A DNA stretch of 23,071 bases. Source: Candidatus Hydrogenedentota bacterium (GTDB taxonomy: Bacteria > Hydrogenedentota > Hydrogenedentia > Hydrogenedentales > SLHB01). Position 1 is the stretch's first letter. The number at the start of each line of letters is the position of its first letter. Shown one piece after another: positions 8,229-15,319 of the stretch. Where the stretch lies: NCBI GenBank assembly GCA_045863335.1, contig BTVY01000070.1:1-23071 (forward strand), read 5' to 3'. The notes below the pieces were generated by a model. The model worked only from the letters and a program-made list of their open reading frames with translations, ran no database searches and had not been told where the DNA came from. A program made the position numbers and the translations under genes.

Positions 8229-9764
8229 ATGACGCAACCGTTGCCAGAGACCGAGACCATGCCCGCGCGGCGATTCGCGGCGGTACTGGCGGTATTCTAC
8301 GCGGGTGCGCACGTCATGCTCTACGCCGCGGGCGTGCGGATGGACACCAGCCCACTGGGCGTGTTCATGCAATACGCGGACCCGGAACTCCTGCAAACCC
8401 GGCTGATCGAAACCTGCTGGTACCTCCACATTCAGCCGCCCTTGTTCAACCTTTTTCTGGGCATCGTCCTGAAGTTATTCCCGAATACCTTTGGCCTGGC
8501 CTTCAACGTAATCTATTTGGCGCTCGGCTTTTCACTGTTCATAGCGATCGTGATGATTCAGACTCGCCTCGGAGTCTCTCGCGTGGTGGCGGCGGCCGTG
8601 GCCATGGTCTTTGTCATCAGCCCGTCATACCTGCTGTACGAACACCTCCTGGCATACACCTTTCCGTGCGCGGCCCTGCTCGCAGGATCCGCTGTCTTCC
8701 TGGATGCGCACCTCCGAGCCGGCAACGCGCGATACGGCTGGCTTTTCTTTCTCACGATCATCCTGCTCGGAGGCATTCGGGCGACGTACCATCTTGTCTT
8801 CTTCGCGCTGGTGGCGGGCTTTGTTCTCGCGGTGATGCGGCCGCCTCGACGAAAGCTCGTGTGGATGGTTGCGGTGCCTGCCATGTTGCTGGTCAGCCTT
8901 TACGCAAAGAACGCAGTTCTTTTCGGCGAGTTTTCCACCTGCTCGTTTGCCGGGAAAAACCTGTGGATCAAGACCGTGGGGAACCTGCGCTGGGAGGACA
9001 AGGTTCGCCTTGTCGAGGAAGGTAAGCTCTCGCCGGTGTCGCTGGTCAACCGGTTTGAAGCGGTGGCGTCGTACCCCGAATCGTTTCGCCAGATTGGCGA
9101 CATGCCGAACGTGCCGGTGCTGCGGGAAGAGGCCAAGTCGACGGGAGAAATCAACTACAACCACGCGTCGCAACTTGCGATCTCTCGGGCCTACGGCGCC
9201 GATGCGCGCTACGGTCTTACTCAGTATCCGAAAGTCTTCGTCGCCACGAACATCCAGGCTTGGCTGAATTACGTCACGCCAGGAAGTTCCCGCGCCGCCG
9301 ATTCGACAAACTATCCGCTACTCAAACCGTTGACGCGCATCTACGACCGGTTGCTGTATGGAGAAGTAAACATCCCACTGGAAGAGAGCCACCCCTTGCT
9401 CGAACACCACGACTGGGGCAACCGCCAATACGTTTTCCTCCTCGCAGGCCTGCCCACGCTCCTCGCATATGGGTTCTGGTGCGGCCTTGGTCTGGGCCGG
9501 TCCCGGCACCGGCTCACGCGGGAGCAGCGAATGGTCATCCTTTACCTGTGCGGGATTATCGTATACGTCGCGATCGTCGGGAATACCATGGAGTTGAACG
9601 AAACCAGCCGGTTCCGCTTCGAGACCGACCCCTTCTACGTCGTTCTTGCCGGAGTCTTGCTCCAGCACGTCATGTCCCGCTTCGCACGCACGCCGCTCTG
9701 GCTCTTGCCCGCCCGCGTCGAAGCCCGCCGGGCTGCGGCTGCACAGGGGGCTGGGCCGGTGTAG
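8229..9764 (+). CDS. Polytopic membrane protein, probable GT-C fold glycosyltransferase (ArnT/PMT-like)
   Basis: Many hydrophobic helices, HIQPPLF in the first external loop, a large soluble loop, and a late RFRFETDP segment before the last helix. The family assignment is inference. Confidence 0.6.
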   Translation: MTQPLPETETMPARRFAAVLAVFYAGAHVMLYAAGVRMDTSPLGVFMQYADPELLQTRLIETCWYLHIQPPLFNLFLGIVLKLFPNTFGLAFNVIYLALGFSLFIAIVMIQTRLGVSRVVAAAVAMVFVISPSYLLYEHLLAYTFPCAALLAGSAVFLDAHLRAGNARYGWLFFLTIILLGGIRATYHLVFFALVAGFVLAVMRPPRRKLVWMVAVPAMLLVSLYAKNAVLFGEFSTCSFAGKNLWIKTVGNLRWEDKVRLVEEGKLSPVSLVNRFEAVASYPESFRQIGDMPNVPVLREEAKSTGEINYNHASQLAISRAYGADARYGLTQYPKVFVATNIQAWLNYVTPGSSRAADSTNYPLLKPLTRIYDRLLYGEVNIPLEESHPLLEHHDWGNRQYVFLLAGLPTLLAYGFWCGLGLGRSRHRLTREQRMVILYLCGIIVYVAIVGNTMELNETSRFRFETDPFYVVLAGVLLQHVMSRFARTPLWLLPARVEARRAAAAQGAGPV

Positions 9765-9872
9765 TGGTTGCGGGGCCTAGCCGTGGCGCGGAATCCGAAG
9801 CTATGGTAGAGTACTTCAGCCATTCCGGCATCGGTTGCAGCGAGGAGATCATTCGTGGAGGTATGTTGTATC

Positions 9873-10676
9873 ATGCGTGTTGTGCGGTTCTTTTCCCTCG
9901 CGTCCGCGGCAATTGCGTTTCCGTTGATGGCCCTGGCCGGCGACCCGGAGCCGGTGGATCTGTTGCCGGATATCATCACGAATCCAGCGACGCTCACGGA
10001 TACGGAAATCGTCGACAACGTGGTCTCCGGCCGTATTCACCTCCGCCTGTCCAATTCCACCCCCAATATTGGCGATGGCCCACTGGAAGTCTACGGCGTG
10101 GAGCCCAAGCATGACGGCGAAGGCGACGCCACACAGCCGGTCAACCAGCGCATCTACCGGTCCGACGACTCCTATTACGACCGGGAAGCAGGGTTCTTCG
10201 AATACCACCCGGAACACCATCACACCCACTTGCAGGATTGGTCCCGGTATCGCTTACGGGAAATTCTGCCAAACGACGGCGTCGGCGATGTGGTCGCGGA
10301 GGGCGACAAAACTTCGTTTTGCCTGTTGGACAGTCGAGTCTACGACAAGACCCTGCCCGGCGCGCCGCCGTCTTCCGTATTCCGGGATTGCGATCAGGGC
10401 ACTCAGGGGATCTCCGTGGGATACGAAGACCTCTACAGCAAAGAACTGCCGGACCAGTGGATCGATATAACCGACGTTCCAGATGGGGAGTATTGGCTCG
10501 AATCGGAGACCGACGCCGGAAACGTCATCCTCGAAAAGGACGAGACCAACAACTCTGCCCGTGTGAAGGTCATCATCGACAAAGGCGACACTGGCCCGAA
10601 TCTTATGGGGATCTTCGCCGCCTTGTTCGCGATCCTACAGCAGTTGCTCGCCTTCCTGCGAGGGTTCTTTGCATAA
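9873..10676 (+). CDS. Secreted lysyl oxidase (LOX) domain protein
   Basis: FEYHPEHHHTH (copper site), KTSFCLLD, QGISVGYEDLY, QWIDITDVPDGEY and EKDETNN align with the LOX catalytic domain. Signal peptide from the ATG at 9873, with GGAGG RBS at 9857-9861. Confidence 0.9.
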   Translation: MRVVRFFSLASAAIAFPLMALAGDPEPVDLLPDIITNPATLTDTEIVDNVVSGRIHLRLSNSTPNIGDGPLEVYGVEPKHDGEGDATQPVNQRIYRSDDSYYDREAGFFEYHPEHHHTHLQDWSRYRLREILPNDGVGDVVAEGDKTSFCLLDSRVYDKTLPGAPPSSVFRDCDQGTQGISVGYEDLYSKELPDQWIDITDVPDGEYWLESETDAGNVILEKDETNNSARVKVIIDKGDTGPNLMGIFAALFAILQQLLAFLRGFFA

Positions 10677-10706
10677 CGTGTACGGGAACCCACCGTGCCG
10701 GCCGCA

Positions 10707-11204
10707 TCACGCCATGTAGGTTGTCCCGTACCAGACTTGAATCCATTTCCCAAAGACCCAGACGAACAGGCCTGAACTGCCGTAGGCGCCCAAGGGCCCC
10801 GTGGCATTTCCGAAGCTGGCGTGAAAGAAGAACGGCCCACGGTACTTGATGGCCCAGGAATTCTGGCTTGCGTCCACGTATTGAATGTACTCCTGGCCGC
10901 CCTCTTCGTAGCGTTGGAGGTTCTCCGGGGGCAACTGGTCGCGGTAGACGACCATCGTCGTCCCCCGCTCTTGCAGCAATTCCTCCATGCCGCGGTATTC
11001 TCGGGACGACAGTTGGCGAAGGGAGCCGTTGTCAATCACGATGTAGGAATTGACCGGAGGGCCGCCTTCAAACCCGCCGAGGCTCTTCAATACCAACAAT
11101 CGCCCCCGCGCTTCCGGCGCCCACAGCAAGAAGGTCACGGTTTGTAGAAACAGTAGCAAGACGAGCACAGCCAAGACATTGCGCAGGGTCTTACGGTTCT
11201 TCAT
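10707..11204 (-). CDS. Hypothetical protein with N-terminal membrane anchor
   Basis: 165-aa ORF with a basic N-terminus followed by a hydrophobic helix. GGAGG RBS. It fills the gap downstream of the hydrolase gene. Confidence 0.7.
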   Translation of the reverse strand: MKNRKTLRNVLAVLVLLLFLQTVTFLLWAPEARGRLLVLKSLGGFEGGPPVNSYIVIDNGSLRQLSSREYRGMEELLQERGTTMVVYRDQLPPENLQRYEEGGQEYIQYVDASQNSWAIKYRGPFFFHASFGNATGPLGAYGSSGLFVWVFGKWIQVWYGTTYMA

Positions 11205-11255
11205 AGATGCAATCCCTCCGCAACTTGGACCCCGTTTCGCGCTGAAAGTTCTCGA

Positions 11256-13538
11256 TCAGAAGTCCATCTGCTCGTGGAGGAACTCGAAGGTGCCTACGCC
11301 GTGGATCGTGTGGGGCCCGTTGAAGTACTCGATGGTGGTCCGCTCGCCGAGGCCGAGTTCGTCGTACATGCGCCGCACTTTGGCGTATTCATGGGCGACC
11401 CATTCGTCGTAGGACACGCCGTCCCGGTGGCCCCGTTCCACCATGAAAGGCCGCGGGAAGATCAGCGCCGCCATCTCGCCGTAATCGAAGGTGCTGCCGA
11501 GATCCCACTCGAACATCTCGTACTCGCCGGTGAACATGTAGCTGAGCGGGTAGTCCACCGTGACGTTTTTCTTGATCCATTCGTTGAAATCGCCGGAGCA
11601 GATCGACAGGCAGTAGCCTTCCAGGATCGCCGGGACGCGCATGGCCGTCTTGCCGCCGTAGCTGAGCCCGTAGAAGGCGATGCGCTCGGGATCGACGAAG
11701 GGTTGCTGTCCAAGCCATTCCAGGGTCCGCTCGTGTTGGCGCACGATGTAAGAGAAGAGCGAAAGCTTCAGCGGGTTCGCTTTCCGCTGGAGCACGCGAA
11801 AAGCATCGCCGCCCACGTAGGGGTTCTGCGGCGCGTAGGTGACAAACCCCTGTTCAGCAAGCTTGCACGCGAACTGATGGTAGTAGTCGCTTTGAATGCC
11901 GGGGTCCGCCACTTCGCGCGCATACCCCTCGAGGCCATGCTGGCAGACGACGACGGGACGCCGTTCGCCCTCGGGAATGTTCTTGGGCACGAGCAGAATG
12001 CCGAAAGCGAATACGTCGGGATAGACGTCCAACTGCACTTCGTATCCGCGGTACGCAGGCTCGTCGAAAACCAGCCGCGTGCGCGGATTGATCGGAACGG
12101 ATGCGGGCGGCAGTTCACCGATGACTTCCTTGGAAAAGTAGTCGCGATACCATTTCGCGCTTTCGGTCCACGCTTCCGCCGACGAATAGTCCGCGCGCTT
12201 CCAGAACGCATCGCGCACCTTTTGGCTCATTCGCATGAGGTGTTGCGTGTCGTCGATAAGTTGTTCGACTTGCCGCTTCATGCGCGCCTCGGCATCGGGT
12301 GTCCCTGCAACAACCCTCGGCCGTTCGCCGTCACGCAACACGCCACCAATCGCAGACATGAAGGAGGACAGCGCATCGTCGCTTCCGGGCAATCCGCTGC
12401 CGTTGCCCGTGAGTTGAATCGCCTCGGGCGCGTCCAGAGATCCCGCGAGCGCGCGGGCACGATCCAGTTCGCCGTTCACATCTGCAAAGGGTGGCGTGCC
12501 GATGCGGCCCGGCGCCGCGCCGGTACGCCCGGAAGATGGCTCCGGTGGTCCGTCGATCTGCGGATGATCGCTGGCCTCTACGATCAGCGTGCGGGGCGCG
12601 ATGAGACTCGCGATCTCGGCATCACCGAATTCGTGCAACAGGGACCACACGTTGCGGTAGATGGGTTCGCTCCACACATCGCTGCGCGGTTTGAAATAAC
12701 CCGACACCACGGCAGCATCGACGCGCATATCCACCGCCGCGGTGTAGAACGCAATCGACCCGCCTTCGCCGTAACCGATGACGCCAATTGGTGCGTCGCC
12801 ATGTTCCGCCTCGAACCAATCAATGGCCGCGCGCGCTTTCTGCACTTCGTAGCCAATGGTGTGACGTCCCAATTCATACGCCGCGCGGTACACGAACTCG
12901 CGATGGGGCTGGTTGGTCATGCGAATGTCCGGGTTGCCGGAGTACGTATCGCGTCGATCGAGCAATGTGGGAACGATCACGCGGCACCCGCTTTGCGCAA
13001 GCCGCCGCGCGAATTGCGCGTCCGCTGGTACGTCCTCGACCAAGCCAAGCAACGCTTCCGGCGACCAGTCGCAATCGGGAAGGGCCACAACGTTTGCGAC
13101 GGCCTTTTCCTTCGGCTCAATCAGCAATCCTTCGCCATAGATCGCGCGCAACACGCGCCAGCGAACGGCATACACGCGGTAAACGTCGCTCTCCGCAATG
13201 AGCGCCGGCGAACCGGTCGTTGCGATCAACTCCATCGGACGCGATTCGCGCTCCTCATGAGCGCCGATGATGCGGGCAAGCCGCTGCCGATTGGGTTCAA
13301 CCGATTGCGCATAGGCGTCGGGCGATGAAAAATCCCGTTGCCAATACCTTTCGCGATTCGCGACGCTCGCGTCGATCAAGCTCATCAGATGGGCATCGAT
13401 CCCCGCGACCATGGCCTCGACAGGTTCGCCCGTAATGGTCAACGGCGCCGTGCTGGGCAATGGTTCAACCGCTTCCGCGCCATGCACGAGTTGGCTCAAC
13501 ACAATCGCAATCATTGGCAACGTCATCGTCCTCTCCAA
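11256..13538 (-). CDS. Secreted tandem alpha/beta-hydrolase (dienelactone hydrolase/acetyl xylan esterase-like)
   Basis: Two hydrolase repeats: the first has GYGEGG and ASLIAPR, the second has HGLEG, GLSYGG, AALIFPR and GPH. N-terminal signal-like segment. The exact start is uncertain (13538 or a downstream ATG). Confidence 0.85.
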   Translation of the reverse strand: MERTMTLPMIAIVLSQLVHGAEAVEPLPSTAPLTITGEPVEAMVAGIDAHLMSLIDASVANRERYWQRDFSSPDAYAQSVEPNRQRLARIIGAHEERESRPMELIATTGSPALIAESDVYRVYAVRWRVLRAIYGEGLLIEPKEKAVANVVALPDCDWSPEALLGLVEDVPADAQFARRLAQSGCRVIVPTLLDRRDTYSGNPDIRMTNQPHREFVYRAAYELGRHTIGYEVQKARAAIDWFEAEHGDAPIGVIGYGEGGSIAFYTAAVDMRVDAAVVSGYFKPRSDVWSEPIYRNVWSLLHEFGDAEIASLIAPRTLIVEASDHPQIDGPPEPSSGRTGAAPGRIGTPPFADVNGELDRARALAGSLDAPEAIQLTGNGSGLPGSDDALSSFMSAIGGVLRDGERPRVVAGTPDAEARMKRQVEQLIDDTQHLMRMSQKVRDAFWKRADYSSAEAWTESAKWYRDYFSKEVIGELPPASVPINPRTRLVFDEPAYRGYEVQLDVYPDVFAFGILLVPKNIPEGERRPVVVCQHGLEGYAREVADPGIQSDYYHQFACKLAEQGFVTYAPQNPYVGGDAFRVLQRKANPLKLSLFSYIVRQHERTLEWLGQQPFVDPERIAFYGLSYGGKTAMRVPAILEGYCLSICSGDFNEWIKKNVTVDYPLSYMFTGEYEMFEWDLGSTFDYGEMAALIFPRPFMVERGHRDGVSYDEWVAHEYAKVRRMYDELGLGERTTIEYFNGPHTIHGVGTFEFLHEQMDF

Positions 13539-13577
13539 TCGTGTGGCGTTCTTTGGGGAGCGATTATGGGCGTACGG

Positions 13578-15293
13578 CTATCCCTCTTCCGCGGGGTGAA
13601 TCGAAGCCTGCGCCCGGGCGATCTCACCGTCCGCATCATCGCCTTCGTAGAACCACATGCGGCCCTTCACCTCCACGCGTTCGCCGGGCGCGCAGTCGGG
13701 CAATACCGGATCGGAATGGATGCACGGCACCGGCGGGTTGCCCCAGACGCGGCGGTAGTGGTCGAAGGCGACCAGGATCCACCGCTTGCCATCATCAGAC
13801 TGAATCGCCGCAACGCCGTCCTCAAAACGCCGTCCCTCTTCGCGCTGTCCGTTGAACCCTTCCGCGCCCTTCAACATAAGGCAGACCTGCGTGCGCAGGC
13901 CCGTCAACACTTCCGTGGTGCCATTCTCAAGCCACAAACTGAAGTCCACACCGTTAGTATCGGAGACGGCGGACCCGCCGAACCGGATGTCATTAGGCAA
14001 TCGCCACGCGTTCTCCCAGCCGCCGCCCTCGCGCGATTTCCAGTCCACGTTGTCGATGAACACATGTTGCTCGTCCCAGATGGTGGGGATGTGCGTGTGC
14101 GCGAGATAGGTCAAGCCGAGATTGCTGAAGATGGCTTCCGGCAAATCAACCACCACGTAGCCGCCGTTCTCCCACGGCGGGAACACGCTGAGCTTTGTGC
14201 CGCGCATGGGATCGACTGCGCCTTCGAGGAACCCGATGCGCGGATGGCGGCCACCGGGGTAGGGAAGCACGTTGACGGTTCCTTCGTCGTACGGCCTCGG
14301 TTCGATCTCGAGCGCGTCGATCTTGGCCTGCATCAAGTCCGCGGGGTACCAGCAGACGGCAGCGGCCTCTTCGATGGAGTAGCCGTGATCGTGAAGCATG
14401 ATAGGTGCCCAAAAGCTGAGATTCTCGCGCGTCGACGCCGCCTCGGCCGGATACTCCACCGTGCGGCCGCTGTACCGGACCAGCCGCATGGCGTCATCGG
14501 GTTGCGCGGCCGGGTCCACGTATCGCCCGAGGTCGCGCATGGCGATGACGTTGAAGCCGCCATCCTTCAAGTAGTCCATGTACTCCGCAAACCGTTCCGG
14601 CGGCGTGTGGACCCACGGGTGCGCGATGTCCGGCACGCCGTGAAATTGCACGATGGCGATTTTCCCGCCCCCGGCGCGATCGACTGCCGCTTTGAAATGC
14701 TCGAGGGTCCATTGCGGATACGCGTCTCCCGCCGACGGAATCAACAGGGGATCGTGCCGCGCCGGGTCGTACAGGGGTCCGGGTTCGAGCTTGCCGTAGT
14801 ACACTTCCGGTTGCATGCCGCGCCGCGCCCACAGATACCCGTTCGCCTTCAGAATTCCCAGACCTTCCGGCGAGAACCCGTTGCCGGGCCATCCAAAACT
14901 TACTGGCTTCGGCACGCCCACCTTTTTCAATGCCGACTCGACCAGCGCCAATTGCCCCGCGAGGTGGGCGGTGTGTTTCGGCGTGTTCATGCCCGCGTGG
15001 TTCCAGGTATGGTTGCCGATCTCGAAGCCCATCTTGTGCAGTTCGCCCACGTCTTCCCACGAGAGGAAATTCTCCGTGTCGGACATCCAGCATTCGGTGA
15101 TGAAGAAGGTTGCGCCGAACCCATGCTCCTTGAGGAGCGGCGCCACGACGGTGAGATGCGATTTCACCGCGTCGTCAAAGGTGAGCACAACCGTCTTGTC
15201 AGGGATGGGTTCGAGTTCGGCCGGCACGGCCGGTGTCAGAGTCAGGTACGCAAAGGCCGCAAGGGTCATCAAAGGCATGCGGCAGCGGTCCAT
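13578..15293 (-). CDS. Secreted polysaccharide deacetylase (CE4/NodB) fused to an uncharacterised C-terminal domain
   Basis: VLTFDD, ATFFI, EIGNHTWNH and QFH motifs. Start reassigned to the ATG at 15293, which has a GAGGAGG RBS and a signal peptide and removes the overlap with the upstream gene. Confidence 0.87.
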   Translation of the reverse strand: MDRCRMPLMTLAAFAYLTLTPAVPAELEPIPDKTVVLTFDDAVKSHLTVVAPLLKEHGFGATFFITECWMSDTENFLSWEDVGELHKMGFEIGNHTWNHAGMNTPKHTAHLAGQLALVESALKKVGVPKPVSFGWPGNGFSPEGLGILKANGYLWARRGMQPEVYYGKLEPGPLYDPARHDPLLIPSAGDAYPQWTLEHFKAAVDRAGGGKIAIVQFHGVPDIAHPWVHTPPERFAEYMDYLKDGGFNVIAMRDLGRYVDPAAQPDDAMRLVRYSGRTVEYPAEAASTRENLSFWAPIMLHDHGYSIEEAAAVCWYPADLMQAKIDALEIEPRPYDEGTVNVLPYPGGRHPRIGFLEGAVDPMRGTKLSVFPPWENGGYVVVDLPEAIFSNLGLTYLAHTHIPTIWDEQHVFIDNVDWKSREGGGWENAWRLPNDIRFGGSAVSDTNGVDFSLWLENGTTEVLTGLRTQVCLMLKGAEGFNGQREEGRRFEDGVAAIQSDDGKRWILVAFDHYRRVWGNPPVPCIHSDPVLPDCAPGERVEVKGRMWFYEGDDADGEIARAQASIHPAEEG

Positions 15294-15319
15294 AACATAA
15301 CCTCCTCGGAAGTACTTCG

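Noticed and set aside
199-9173. Other overlapping alternative-frame ORFs (e.g. 199..1104, 2899..3729, 5350..6522, 7437..8162, 8201..9025)
   Set aside because: Each overlaps a motif-supported gene and lacks recognisable domains.
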